NCBI GenBank assembly: GCA_046483495.1
Contig: JAWODC010000074.1
Location: 53,052-117,051 of the forward strand
Reading direction: 5' to 3'
DNA: 64,000 bases
Source: Desulfobacterales bacterium
GTDB taxonomy: Bacteria > Desulfobacterota > Desulfobacteria > Desulfobacterales > UBA5616
Shown: positions 29,764-40,037 of the stretch, in pieces
How the letters are laid out: the number at the start of each line of letters is the position of its first letter
Position numbering within the stretch: position 1 is the first letter of the stretch
Position numbers and translations under genes: made by a program
Notes under the pieces: model-generated
Databases searched by the model: none
What the model was told of the DNA's origin: nothing
What the model saw: only the letters and a program-made list of their open reading frames with translations

Positions 29764-29911
29764 GTCATCTCCTTATTTCTCTTGACCGGCGATAAAGATG
29801 AAATTCCTTCTTTCGATCTTCGATTTCAACGGGGTGATACAATTCTTTCGTTCATCATTCAATGTTTTTATGAATCGGCAGGAGTGGAGCAAAATGGATC
29901 GTCGACGTCTC

Positions 29912-30781
29912 CTATAACCCGCGCATCCATTCAGGCCTTAATGACACCCGTCCGGCAAGGGCCCGATCGATCAGCCTGAGTGTTTCTTCCTTGTCTTCGG
30001 GTAATGCAGCTTTTATGGGAAGATAATTCGACGCGTGGTTGGCGTGAAACAATCCACCGGAGAGATCCGTATGCGCAATCATAATTTTCAACTCTTCCAG
30101 CATTTCTCTTGAATTCGGCAGCAGGAAACGGCCCTCCTTATAGTCCTGGTAAAGGGGGGTTCCGGGAATCAACATCAGGCTCAACGCCCCCACGTACTCC
30201 GGATCCATGGCCGAAAGAACCCGGCCGGTTTCCCGGGCATGAACGGGTGAGCGCTCTTTACCGGCAAGACCCAAAAGAACGGTGACGGAAAGCTTGATGC
30301 CGGCCGCTTTCGCCTTATGGCCCATATCGATCATCTTCCGGGAATCAGCACCTTTTCGAACCGCTTTCAAGGTTTGGTCATCACCGGATTCAAGGCCCAT
30401 GTAAAGTATTCCAAGGCCGCATTCATTCAATGTTTTCAATTCGTCAGCCGTTTTTAACGCCAACGCCTTCGTATTGGCATACGTCCCCACACGAGTCACC
30501 CACGGCAGCTGTTTTTTGATTTCATTCAATATGGGCAAAAGCCGCTTCTGGGGAACGATCAAGGCGTCCCGGTCGCAGAGAAACACCCGCTTTTGGCGCC
30601 TGCAGTACTGTGCGGCAAAGGCGATGTCCGCCATGATAATGTTATCCGGCTTGATTTTAAAACGGCCGGCTTCGTTTGCGCTGCAGAAGGTGCACTTACC
30701 GTGAGAGCACCCCACCGTGATTTGAAGCAAAATGCTGTCGGCCTCGCTGGGAGGCCGGATAATGTTGCCTTCGTAATGCAT
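29912..30781 (-). CDS. Radical SAM protein
   Basis: CSHGKCTFC (CxxxCxxC), RPPSEA, GLESG, HANHASNY. Confidence 0.9.
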   Translation of the reverse strand: MHYEGNIIRPPSEADSILLQITVGCSHGKCTFCSANEAGRFKIKPDNIIMADIAFAAQYCRRQKRVFLCDRDALIVPQKRLLPILNEIKKQLPWVTRVGTYANTKALALKTADELKTLNECGLGILYMGLESGDDQTLKAVRKGADSRKMIDMGHKAKAAGIKLSVTVLLGLAGKERSPVHARETGRVLSAMDPEYVGALSLMLIPGTPLYQDYKEGRFLLPNSREMLEELKIMIAHTDLSGGLFHANHASNYLPIKAALPEDKEETLRLIDRALAGRVSLRPEWMRGL

Positions 30782-30785
30782 GATA

Positions 30786-31790
30786 CTAGCTTCTAATCCT
30801 TTTTTTCAGTTCTTTTATCAGAACCGTGCAAAACTGGTTCGCATCGGCGACGACCGCCACATCCGCCATTTTCATCATGGTTGCGTTTACGTTTTTGTTC
30901 ACGGATATGATAAAGCGGGCATCGCTCAAAGCCGCCGTATGCTGAATAGCACCGCTGATGCCGAATGAAAAGAGTACATCCGGACGGATAGGCTTGCCCG
31001 CCTGGCCCACAAGGGCCTCTTCGTCCACCCAGTCGGCATAGACCACCGGGCGTGTGGCACCCACTTCCCCGCCGAGCAGCTTTGCGAGTTCAAACAGTTT
31101 CTTGTACTTTTGCTTGCTTCCCATTCCCCTTCCGCCGCACACCACAACACGCGCGTCCTCGAGGCGCTGCCCTTTTTTCTGCCACCGCTCGGCACGGACA
31201 AGCCTAACCCTTTCGCGAGGCAGGCTGTCGGGAAGGGGGATGCGGATCACCTCTCCGACGGCCTCATAGTTGTGCGGTATTTCCTGAAACATTCCCGGCC
31301 TTACCGTTGCCATCTGCGGCCGGCACTCCGGCGTTACGATCTCGGCCAAGAGATTGCCTCCGAAAGACGGTGCAATTTGCACCAAAAGACCATCCGGATT
31401 GATGTCCAACCCGATGCAATCGGCGGTAAGGCCGGTTCCCAGTTTTTTGGCTGTTTTCGGAGCGAATTCGCGCCCGAATGCGGTGGCGCCCACCAGTATG
31501 ATTTCGGGCCTGTAAATACGGGCAAGGTGATCCATCAAATGGCTGTACGTCTCGATGCTGTAATTTGTAAGCCTTTCGTCTTCGACGACATAGACCTTTT
31601 GGGCTCCGTGGGAAATATACTCGCCCACCCATTCGTCCACCTCATAACCGAACACCACGGCGCATACGGTCGCGGAAATTTTTTCCGCCAGTTCGTTGGC
31701 CCTGGAAATAAGCTGAAGGGTGACGCGATTTTGGAAGTAGTTCCGGTAATCTCCGAAAATCCATATGCTCCGTTCGTTTGTAGGCACCAT
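30786..31790 (-). CDS. etfA: Electron transfer flavoprotein alpha subunit
   Basis: GLTADC, RPQMATVRPG, GGRG, GATRP, GISGAIQH. Confidence 0.93.
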   Translation of the reverse strand: MVPTNERSIWIFGDYRNYFQNRVTLQLISRANELAEKISATVCAVVFGYEVDEWVGEYISHGAQKVYVVEDERLTNYSIETYSHLMDHLARIYRPEIILVGATAFGREFAPKTAKKLGTGLTADCIGLDINPDGLLVQIAPSFGGNLLAEIVTPECRPQMATVRPGMFQEIPHNYEAVGEVIRIPLPDSLPRERVRLVRAERWQKKGQRLEDARVVVCGGRGMGSKQKYKKLFELAKLLGGEVGATRPVVYADWVDEEALVGQAGKPIRPDVLFSFGISGAIQHTAALSDARFIISVNKNVNATMMKMADVAVVADANQFCTVLIKELKKRIRS

Positions 31791-32611
31791 TACTTTTCTA
31801 CTTTCAAATCCTTCCCGATGACACCGCCGATTTTATCGTCAAATCGTGCAAAGAGTTCCTCAACGATTTTTTTGGGCGAACCCTTCATCACCACATTGTC
31901 TTTTTTGGATGTGGGCGAATAGACGTTTAGAATTTTCGTGGGGGATGCCGCACTTCCCAATGTTTCAGGGTCAAGGCCGAGGTCTTGTGCTCCTAAACGG
32001 TTCATTTCGCCGACTTCAAACGAGATCTGGAGTCCGGCCAGCGGCACATACCGGGGCTGATACCCCTGGGTGCTCACGGTGACAAGGCCGGGAAGATCCA
32101 TTTCGAGCGTCTCTAAAAAATTATCCGAAAATCGTTGTGATCTCAAAATGTTGCCGGCCAGTTCCATATGATGGACATTGGCTATGCCGGGTATGTCGAG
32201 CTCTTCGGCCAGTTGGGGGCCGACCTGGGCGGTTTCGCTGTCACTGGTCGAACACCCGCAGAGGACCAGGTCGAAATCGGGGCATTTCATGGCAATGGCT
32301 TTTGCAAGCGTAAAGGACGTCACAGACGTATCCGCACCGGCCATTGCCCGGTCCGACAGCAAAACGCCGCCGTCCGCACCCATGGCCCGGGCTTCATACA
32401 GCACCTCTTCGGCCATGGGAGGGCCCATCGTTACAACGACGAGTTTGCCGCCGTAGGCCTGCTTTAACTGCAGGGCAGCCTCGAGTGCGTGCTTGCAGGC
32501 CGGGTTGATCATGCCCTCGGCCATTTCCCGTTTAAGGGTTCCCGTCCGGGAATCCCAAGGCAGTTCGGAAACCCCTGGAACCTGTTTTATGCATACCACT
32601 AAATTCAGCAT
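31790..32611 (-). CDS. etfB: Electron transfer flavoprotein beta subunit
   Basis: VCIKQVP, TMGPP, AGADT, TAQVGP, SPTK. Confidence 0.93.
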   Translation of the reverse strand: MLNLVVCIKQVPGVSELPWDSRTGTLKREMAEGMINPACKHALEAALQLKQAYGGKLVVVTMGPPMAEEVLYEARAMGADGGVLLSDRAMAGADTSVTSFTLAKAIAMKCPDFDLVLCGCSTSDSETAQVGPQLAEELDIPGIANVHHMELAGNILRSQRFSDNFLETLEMDLPGLVTVSTQGYQPRYVPLAGLQISFEVGEMNRLGAQDLGLDPETLGSAASPTKILNVYSPTSKKDNVVMKGSPKKIVEELFARFDDKIGGVIGKDLKVEK

Positions 32612-32617
32612 GTTTTC

Positions 32618-33766
32618 TCAAGTCAGTTTGTTGAGTACGGCGCGGGAAATAACCATGCGCTGCACTTCGCTCGTTCCCTCATAGATCTCCGTGACTTTGG
32701 CATCACGGAAATAACGCTCGACATCATATTCCTTGCTGTAGCCATAGCCGCCGTGAATTTGAACCGCTTTATCCGTCACCCTCACAGACATGGTGCTGCA
32801 GTACAGCTTTGCCATGGCGGCCTCCGCGCCGAATGGTTTTCCGGCATCCTTCAGGGCGCATGCCCGATACACCATCAACCGGCCGGCATCGATATCGGTA
32901 GCCATGTCGGCCAGATAATTCTGGATGGTCTGAAAGGATGAAATGGGCTTATTAAATTGCTGGCGCTCCTTGGAATACTTTACCGACGCCTCGAAGGCCC
33001 CCTGGGCAATGCCGAGGGCTTGGGCGGCGATTCCGATTCGGCCCATGTCCAGTCCGCTTAGTCCGATTTTGAGGCCGTCCCCCACCTTGCCGAGAAGATT
33101 TTCCCGGGGAACACGACAATCCTCCAAAAAAAGGGAGGAAACCGGATTGGCCCGCATCCCGCAAAGGTCTTCGATTTCCCCGACCGAAAAGCCGGGCCGG
33201 CCTTTTTCCACGATGAATACAGCGGCGCTCTGTCGCGGCCGGTTGAAATCCGTCACCGCAAAAATCAAGGCCACATCGCAGATGCCCCCGTTTGTTACAA
33301 AAATTTTAGTGCCGTTCAACACGTAATGTCCGCCGTCCAATACGGCAAGCGTTTCCACGCCGCCGGCATCCGAGCCGGCATTTGCCTCCGTCAGGCAGAA
33401 TGCACCGATATAGTCACCGGCCGCCATCTGCGGAATCAACGCTTCTTTCTGGTCTTTAGAGCCGAACTGCATGATTGGATACAGTCCAACGCTGTTATGC
33501 ACGGAAACGCACAGGCCGATGGCGGCACACACCCGGGAAAGCTCTTCAACGACAATGGCGTAGCTGATGCTGTCCAACTCCGCACCGCCGTAATCCCGCG
33601 GTGCCTGGAGACCGAAATAGTTCAATCCCCTCATCTTTTCGATGACTTCGATGGGAAACCGGGCCTCGCGGTCTATTTCGTAGGCGAGCGGGCCCAGTTC
33701 CGCTTCGGCAAACATACGGACCGTTTTTCGAACCAGGTTATGCTTCATACATGGATTAAAATTCAA
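32618..33766 (-). CDS. Acyl-CoA dehydrogenase (butyryl-CoA dehydrogenase-like)
   Basis: FCLTEANAGSD, NGTKIFVTNG, GRIGIAAQ, QIHGGYGY, IYEGTSEVQR; probable TTG start at 33766 after GGAG. Confidence 0.93.
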   Translation of the reverse strand: MNFNPCMKHNLVRKTVRMFAEAELGPLAYEIDREARFPIEVIEKMRGLNYFGLQAPRDYGGAELDSISYAIVVEELSRVCAAIGLCVSVHNSVGLYPIMQFGSKDQKEALIPQMAAGDYIGAFCLTEANAGSDAGGVETLAVLDGGHYVLNGTKIFVTNGGICDVALIFAVTDFNRPRQSAAVFIVEKGRPGFSVGEIEDLCGMRANPVSSLFLEDCRVPRENLLGKVGDGLKIGLSGLDMGRIGIAAQALGIAQGAFEASVKYSKERQQFNKPISSFQTIQNYLADMATDIDAGRLMVYRACALKDAGKPFGAEAAMAKLYCSTMSVRVTDKAVQIHGGYGYSKEYDVERYFRDAKVTEIYEGTSEVQRMVISRAVLNKLT

Positions 33767-34037
33767 AATGGACTCCGAATCAAGCGATTGATATACCTTG
33801 GGCCGCCGGGCAATTTTTTCTTCGTTACCCCAATCCTTTTGAAAAATCAAGCCATTCGATTCGTGGCGTTCGTGGATTCTGTTTAAATGCCGGCACTGAC
33901 CGCATTCCAACGAGCATCGAATAACGTTCGCCGGTGGCGTGGATACCTGCTTTACCTGATGGTATTTTCCCCGGTTTTCGCACAAGCTGTTTTAAACGGC
34001 ATGATTTCCCATACGAAATATCCGGAAAGGCAACGAT

Positions 34038-34399
34038 ATGAAAAATCCAGAACGCGACGTTATCCAAAACGGAAACATAGAGCGGTCACAACAGTCCGGC
34101 GCAGGATTGGCCGCCGTAATAAACGAGTTGAATCGCCTTGCCGATCACTTCGGCGGCCGGTTCTGGGCACGCTTATTCGGGATATGGGACCGGATCATGT
34201 ATGCTGGGGAACGGATTCGGTATGGTTCGGATCACCGCAATGGCAGATCGAAGCGATGCGGCGATTCGAAATTCCAAAAGACATGCAGGAGCAGCACGGC
34301 TTCGCCCCTTTAGGTCCGGCGGACGGCGGCACGAAGCAGATGATTTTTGGAAAAAACTCGGCCGGCCTGTATGGATTGGCTACGACGGATCGGATCTAA
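34038..34399 (+). pseudogene. Amidohydrolase remnant (mainly a C-terminal fragment)
   Basis: LGTLIRDMGPDHVCWGTDSVWFGSPQWQIEAMRR...KQMIFGKNSAGLYGL with no in-frame upstream barrel. Confidence 0.7.
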
Positions 34400-34423
34400 A
34401 CCGAATCTGCCGGCAATGTCCGA

Positions 34424-35107
34424 TCACTTTTTCAACATGTTATAAAGCATCGAACGCACCATCTCGTTGTCCGGGTCGATCGTTTCGGCCTCCTTGACAT
34501 ACTGGAGCGCTTCGAGATATTCCCCCTGCCGCATCAGCGCCCGTGCCATACCGATGTAAGGTTCGATGCTTTTCGGGAGAAGGCTGACGGCTTCTTCAAA
34601 TAGAATTGCGGCTTCGGCGACGCGCTTTTCCGACAATAGTTTGTCACCGTATGCGAGCAGCGCTTCGCCAAGCTTATCTTTTACCAGAACGGCATCGGGC
34701 TTCAAATCAAGGGCTTCCCTCAAACAGGAGACCGCCCCTTTGAAATCGCCCCTGTTCATCTCCGCCGCTGCCCCGCCGATCAAACCGTCTATCAGCAGAT
34801 TCAAAACGTCTTTTCGAGATCGTTCCGGAGCAAGCCTGAATGCACTCCTCAAAGGCGCGACGGCCTCCTGCCATCTGCCCAGATTCAAGTAGGACCGTCC
34901 CAGATAAAGATAAGCCTCACCATGATCCGGCTCCAGGTCGACAACCCTTTCGAACCGGACAATCGCCTCTTCATACCGGCCGCGGTTGAAGAGCGTAACT
35001 CCCCTGTCAAATGCCTGATCGGCACCCGTAAAGACCGGAAGACCCGCACATGCCGCCGCAACCAGCAGCAAGCCGATAAGGGTTGCGCATTTTATTCGCT
35101 GCTCCAT
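34424..35107 (-). CDS. TPR-repeat lipoprotein
   Basis: Signal peptide ending LVAAAC; repeated TPR patterns (AYLYLGRSY, A..L.P); SD GGAGG. Confidence 0.85.
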   Translation of the reverse strand: MEQRIKCATLIGLLLVAAACAGLPVFTGADQAFDRGVTLFNRGRYEEAIVRFERVVDLEPDHGEAYLYLGRSYLNLGRWQEAVAPLRSAFRLAPERSRKDVLNLLIDGLIGGAAAEMNRGDFKGAVSCLREALDLKPDAVLVKDKLGEALLAYGDKLLSEKRVAEAAILFEEAVSLLPKSIEPYIGMARALMRQGEYLEALQYVKEAETIDPDNEMVRSMLYNMLKK

Positions 35108-35137
35108 TTCACCTCCGAGCCGCTCGGAATTCGTGTA

Positions 35138-35194
35138 GGGGGATTTTACGGTCAACGCATCGATGGTGTGAACTATCCATTTCTCAATGGGCAC
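35138..35194. repeat. Right-half remnant of the MITE/ERIC-like element
   Basis: GGGGATTT...CAACGCA...CATTTCTCAATGGGCAC matches the 3' half of the 21196 and 56069 copies. Confidence 0.55.
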
Positions 35195-35399
35195 TGATAA
35201 TTATGTGTATCAACTACCATACTTTTATCGGGATGTACAGGCAGCCTTACCGGCATTTCGGGCTCCCGGCGCAACGAGAAGGCATCATGGAGGCATGCAA
35301 AATTTGGGAATTCGATTACGGTTACCATTGAAAATTTCATGATTCGGACATATATTCTGTCCATTACGTTTATTCAAACAAAAAAGGAGTGAAACTTAG

Positions 35400-36323
35400 A
35401 TGGGTAATCAAATCAAAACCGCCCTTTTGCTGGGCCTTATGACCGTTTTTATCATTTGGGTCGGCAATCTCCTGGGTGGCCGGCAGGGAATGATCTTCGC
35501 GTTTGTCCTTGCAGCGGGAATGAATTTTTTCAGCTACTGGTATTCGGATAAACTGGTGCTTAAAATGTACCGGGCGCAAGAGGTTTCCCCCCGACAGGCA
35601 CCTGAATTGCATCGAATGGTCCAGGAGCTTTCCCGGCAGGCCGACATTCCCATGCCGAAAGTGTACATCATTCCCCAGGATTCCCCTAATGCATTTGCGA
35701 CCGGAAGAAACCCGGAGAACGCCGTTGTGGCGGTGACAAACGGATTGCTGCAAATACTGAACGAAGAGGAACTCAAGGGAGTGCTTGCCCATGAATTGGC
35801 GCATGTAAAGAACCGGGACATTCTCATCGGATCCATTGCGGCCACCATGGCCGGAGCGGTGATGATATTGGCCAATATCGCCCGGTGGTCGGCGTTTTTC
35901 GGCGGCGCAGGAAATGATGAGGAAGGCGGCGGCATGGGGATTATCGGTGTACTGGCGATGTCGATTCTTGCCCCTATTGCAGCCGTTCTCATCCAGATGG
36001 CGGTTTCACGGTCACGGGAATACCAGGCCGACGCATCCGGTTCAGGTATCGCCGGCCATTCCGAGGGTCTGGCCGGCGCCCTCGAAAAGCTGGGGGCCTA
36101 TTCAAAACGGCGTCCCATGGAGGCCAATCCGCAAACGGCGCACATGTTCATCGTAAATCCGCTGTCCGGAAAAAGCATCGGGAACCTGTTTTCAACCCAC
36201 CCGTCACTGGAAGACAGGATCGCGCGATTGCGGGGGGCTGCCGGTTCCCCCGGAAAACCGGACAAACGATCCAATAATATGAATTCCAACGCCAGGGACA
36301 TGTGGGATCGACTGTCCCGTTAA
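35400..36323 (+). CDS. htpX: Zinc metalloprotease HtpX
   Basis: [29 protein letters not shown]. Confidence 0.96.
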   Translation: MGNQIKTALLLGLMTVFIIWVGNLLGGRQGMIFAFVLAAGMNFFSYWYSDKLVLKMYRAQEVSPRQAPELHRMVQELSRQADIPMPKVYIIPQDSPNAFATGRNPENAVVAVTNGLLQILNEEELKGVLAHELAHVKNRDILIGSIAATMAGAVMILANIARWSAFFGGAGNDEEGGGMGIIGVLAMSILAPIAAVLIQMAVSRSREYQADASGSGIAGHSEGLAGALEKLGAYSKRRPMEANPQTAHMFIVNPLSGKSIGNLFSTHPSLEDRIARLRGAAGSPGKPDKRSNNMNSNARDMWDRLSR

Positions 36324-36345
36324 GTCCGGGCCCATAGGCCATTTT

Positions 36346-37176
36346 TTAAGAGAGCTTTTCATACATATCGGCGATGAAAAGCTCTCCTTTTTTGGTCTGG
36401 CCGCCTACTTCCAGGAATCGCTTCATCCGGGCGCGGGCTTCCGGCAGCGCTAAAGATCGGGCAAACAATGCCGTTTCTTCGAACAGGCCGTCCACGATGG
36501 GCATGGCAGCTGCATTTCGAACGGATTTTTTTGCAAGGGCGATGGATTCCGCAGGAAACGAAGCCATGCGGAAAGCCAGATTTTCGACAAATGCTCCGAT
36601 ATCTTCGGCAGGCAAGGCCCGGTTGACGTATCCATACCGTTCCGCCGTTTCGGCATCCAGGTCTCCGCATCCAAGCACCACCTCCAGGGCCCTGCTTTGC
36701 CCGATCAGGCGCGGCAGCCGCTGAGTCCCCCCGCCGCCGGGAATAATGCCGATCGCCACCTCGGGCTGGCCCAGCATGGCCCTGCCGATGGCGGCAAACC
36801 GCATATCCAGCCCCAATACGAATTCGCTTCCGCCGCCGCGTGCCCTACCCTCCAGCTTTGCCATACTGACCTTGGGCATGCATCGAAATATCTCGCAGGT
36901 TTTATTGAGGTCGTGAAGCTCCATGGAAACCGGCGGCTGCTGCTCACCCATTAACGCAAGCACTTCCACATCGAAATGCGCGATAAAAAACTCCGGATCG
37001 GCGCTTTCGAAAACCACCACCTTGACGTCATCATCCGCTGCAATCTCACCGGCAATCCGATAGAGCTCCGATGACAGTTCGAGCGTCATCAGGTTGATCG
37101 GCGGATTGTCTATGGCCGCAAACAGGACGCCGTCCTGAAACCGGCATTTAATACAGCTGTAGTTGTCATAAGCCAT
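36346..37176 (-). CDS. Enoyl-CoA hydratase/isomerase family protein
   Basis: NPPIN, FFIAHFD, GGGSEF, QPEVAIGIIPGGGGTQRL; SD AAGGAGG. Confidence 0.9.
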   Translation of the reverse strand: MAYDNYSCIKCRFQDGVLFAAIDNPPINLMTLELSSELYRIAGEIAADDDVKVVVFESADPEFFIAHFDVEVLALMGEQQPPVSMELHDLNKTCEIFRCMPKVSMAKLEGRARGGGSEFVLGLDMRFAAIGRAMLGQPEVAIGIIPGGGGTQRLPRLIGQSRALEVVLGCGDLDAETAERYGYVNRALPAEDIGAFVENLAFRMASFPAESIALAKKSVRNAAAMPIVDGLFEETALFARSLALPEARARMKRFLEVGGQTKKGELFIADMYEKLS

Positions 37177-37198
37177 TTCGCCTCCTTGAAGTGAACGG

Positions 37199-37603
37199 TT
37201 ATTGGGGATTGAACGCATTTATGGTTGAAATCTGTTCATTCAGCGTCCAGAAATCATATAGGTAGCCGATGCCGAATATCCCGCCGGTAAACAGGTACAG
37301 AAGTCCGGTCAGCCATTTGCCCATATAAAACCGGTGGACCCCGAAAAACCCAAGAAAAGTCAGCAATATCCAGGCAACCGTATAATCGATGCGACCGGCC
37401 CAAAACATCAGGTCCGCTTCACGGTCCATCGAAGGAATCAAAAAAAGATCGATAAGCCACCCGATTCCCAGCAGCCCCAGTGTAAAAAACCAAATGGTTC
37501 CGGTGATGGGTTTTCCATAATAAAAACGGTGGGAACCGGTAAAACCGAATAGCCACAGCAAATAACCCATAAACTTCAGATGCGTATTGTTCCTGTCTTC
37601 CAA
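37199..37603 (-). CDS. TM2/NINE double-domain membrane protein
   Basis: Two copies of G.HRFY.GK..TG.......T.G..GIG...D. Confidence 0.9.
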   Translation of the reverse strand: MEDRNNTHLKFMGYLLWLFGFTGSHRFYYGKPITGTIWFFTLGLLGIGWLIDLFLIPSMDREADLMFWAGRIDYTVAWILLTFLGFFGVHRFYMGKWLTGLLYLFTGGIFGIGYLYDFWTLNEQISTINAFNPQ

Positions 37604-37629
37604 AACGGGCCCTCCATATCTTGAAAAGA

Positions 37630-38415
37630 CTAATCGTGCTGCTTGTCTCCCGCCGGTTTACGAAAAACGCGCAAGCCTTCGAGTGAGGCCTCCTGGCCCG
37701 CATAAATGCAGCAGTAGAGCAGCACCTCTTCGATTTCACGAGAAAGAATTCCCTGTTTTAGACCTGCCGAAATAAAATATCCGAGATGGGCGGCACTTCT
37801 CGAGGCGGCAAACGCGGCGATCAAACACAGGAAAACGGTTCGCTTTTCCAGCCTGTTCCGGGTCAACAATTTTCCATAAACGGCAATCAATATAAATTCC
37901 TGAAAATCGTTGCCGGAAGAAACGGCCCGGATCAGGTCCTCGAATGCCGATTTTCCGAAAAGGGCCGCCCCGTTTTCATAACCGGCCTTTATCCAGTCCC
38001 TGCCGGTGTATGCATGCCGCAGCTCCCCCGCCGGCGGGCCGGCGATGCCGTTTTCACGGCAATACTCATCCAACATTCTGACGCCGTCAAAAGCGGCCGG
38101 CCACCCGCCGCAAATCGCACACAGAAGGATGACTTCGCGAATCTCGACACCGCTCCAGCCCAAATTGAATGCAATCTTCAGGTGCGTTTTCAAGTCGTGC
38201 AGGCGCCCGACAGCCGTCAGCATGGCGACCGTGCACAATTCCCGGGTCTTGATGTCCAGCCTTTCCTCCCGACCGTATACGCGGTTGAAGATATCATTGA
38301 ACAAAATATCGGCAAATTCCTGATCGACCCCATCGAGAACCGTCCGAACGACCGGATGCCATTCCTTTAACATTCTTTCCGCGGCAGCTTCGGGATTCTT
38401 TTTTCTATCATTCAT
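37630..38415 (-). CDS. Carboxymuconolactone decarboxylase-family protein (two CMD domains)
   Basis: LDIKTRELCTVAML...HLKIA..G....EIREVIL...GWP repeated twice. Confidence 0.82.
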   Translation of the reverse strand: MNDRKKNPEAAAERMLKEWHPVVRTVLDGVDQEFADILFNDIFNRVYGREERLDIKTRELCTVAMLTAVGRLHDLKTHLKIAFNLGWSGVEIREVILLCAICGGWPAAFDGVRMLDEYCRENGIAGPPAGELRHAYTGRDWIKAGYENGAALFGKSAFEDLIRAVSSGNDFQEFILIAVYGKLLTRNRLEKRTVFLCLIAAFAASRSAAHLGYFISAGLKQGILSREIEEVLLYCCIYAGQEASLEGLRVFRKPAGDKQHD

Positions 38416-38639
38416 AACGTTTTCCTTTTTCATCCGTGTAAAGGGTTTTCGAATGCGACACTTTCGCCATTCATGCCATTGCGGCAAAAAGGCAGATCAA
38501 ATCGGTGCGGCGGCCGGATATGTATCAGCATGCACGCCCGTTTCATCGAAATCGTATTCGTTGACACCTTGCGCTCGCCATAGTATGTGAAAGCTTCGCC
38601 CGTTCGCCTGAATACTGCACACACGCAAAGAGGATTTTC

Positions 38640-40037
38640 ATGCATCATCTCGCAACACTTATGAACGCGCGCAACATCGCCGTGTTCGGCGCATCCAAGA
38701 GCCCTGAGAAGCCTGGTTCCATGCTTCTGCAGATCCTGCGCATGACCGGGTTCAGCGGCAAGTTCGCCGGTATAAATCCCCAGGGGGGAGACATACAAGG
38801 CATTCCCCTTTATCCGAGTATTCGGGAAGTGCCCTTTGAAACGGATCTTGCGGTGATGATTATTCCACCGGCAGCCGTTGTCGGGGCAATCCGCGAGTGC
38901 GCCGAGGCCGGCGTAAAAGGGGTGGTCATTTCCTCCGAAGGGTTTTCCGAATCCGGACCTGACGGCGCCCGCCATCAGGAGGCCATTGCCGATATCGTCA
39001 AAAAGACCGGCATCCGGGTTGTCGGCCCCAATACCCTTGGGATTTTAAACACCGCTACCGGGCTGACCACATCCTACTATGCGGATGCCGGCGCTCTTCG
39101 GCAGGGGTGCATCGGATTTGCCGCCCAGTCCGGCATCTTTGTCGGGGCATTTATGCGATACCTGAGTTCCTTTGACCACCTGGGAATTTCCAAGGGGCTG
39201 GGACTTGGAAACAAGCTCGATATCAACGAATCCGATGCCCTGGATTTTCTTGCCGATGACGTTCAGACCCGCGTTGTCGGCCTTTATCTGGAAGACATTC
39301 AAGACGGCAGGCGGTTTTTTGCCGCAGCCGAAAAAGCCGTCGCGAAAAAACCCGTGCTGCTCATCAAGGGCGGCCGTACATCACCCGGCAGCAGGGCCAC
39401 CGCCTCTCATACCGCCAGTATGGCCGTTGATGACAAGATACTGGACGGCGCCCTTGCTCAATCCGGCGTGATCCGGCTTTCCGGAATCGAAGAAATGCTG
39501 GCCGCCTTGATGGGGTTTACCTGGGCGCCGCTGCCGCGCGGGAACAGCATCGCCATTGTCACCTATTCCGGCGCTCAATCCATTATGTGCATCGATTTGG
39601 CCGCAGATTTAGGGCTGCGCATGGCCGAATTCGGCCCCGCCGCCCGAAACGGCCTCTCCCGGGTCATATCACGTGCGTATAAAGCGCAAAATCCTGTCGA
39701 CATATTCCCGGATATGATGTCCCACGGTTTCGAGGAAACAATGCTCGCCATTCTCGATGCCTTATTGAAAGACAACGGGGTAAACGGCATCTTTTTCATT
39801 TCTTTCGCCATCGAAGGAAGTGAAATTTACCGGCCGGTGGTGGATATGATTCACGACCGGGCCGACAAACCGGTGTTCTTTTCGCTTTTAGGCCCCCGGG
39901 ACGAGGTTCAGTCCACCGGCGACTTTCTATTGCGTCAGAAAGTGCCCTATTTTCTTTATCCGGAGATGGGGATCCGTACATTCGCCCACATGTGGCAATA
40001 TGCCCGACAGCGCAACAAACGGCATCACGCCCCCTGA
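38640..40037 (+). CDS. ADP-forming acyl-CoA synthetase alpha-type subunit
   Basis: IAVFGAS, GPNTLG, AQSG, GNKLD, SHTASMA, NPVD. Confidence 0.87.
   Translation: MHHLATLMNARNIAVFGASKSPEKPGSMLLQILRMTGFSGKFAGINPQGGDIQGIPLYPSIREVPFETDLAVMIIPPAAVVGAIRECAEAGVKGVVISSEGFSESGPDGARHQEAIADIVKKTGIRVVGPNTLGILNTATGLTTSYYADAGALRQGCIGFAAQSGIFVGAFMRYLSSFDHLGISKGLGLGNKLDINESDALDFLADDVQTRVVGLYLEDIQDGRRFFAAAEKAVAKKPVLLIKGGRTSPGSRATASHTASMAVDDKILDGALAQSGVIRLSGIEEMLAALMGFTWAPLPRGNSIAIVTYSGAQSIMCIDLAADLGLRMAEFGPAARNGLSRVISRAYKAQNPVDIFPDMMSHGFEETMLAILDALLKDNGVNGIFFISFAIEGSEIYRPVVDMIHDRADKPVFFSLLGPRDEVQSTGDFLLRQKVPYFLYPEMGIRTFAHMWQYARQRNKRHHAP

Noticed and set aside
33778..33790. IHF consensus match AATCAAGCGATTG upstream of the ACAD gene
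   Set aside because: A single short match with no valid sigma54 promoter nearby; could be chance
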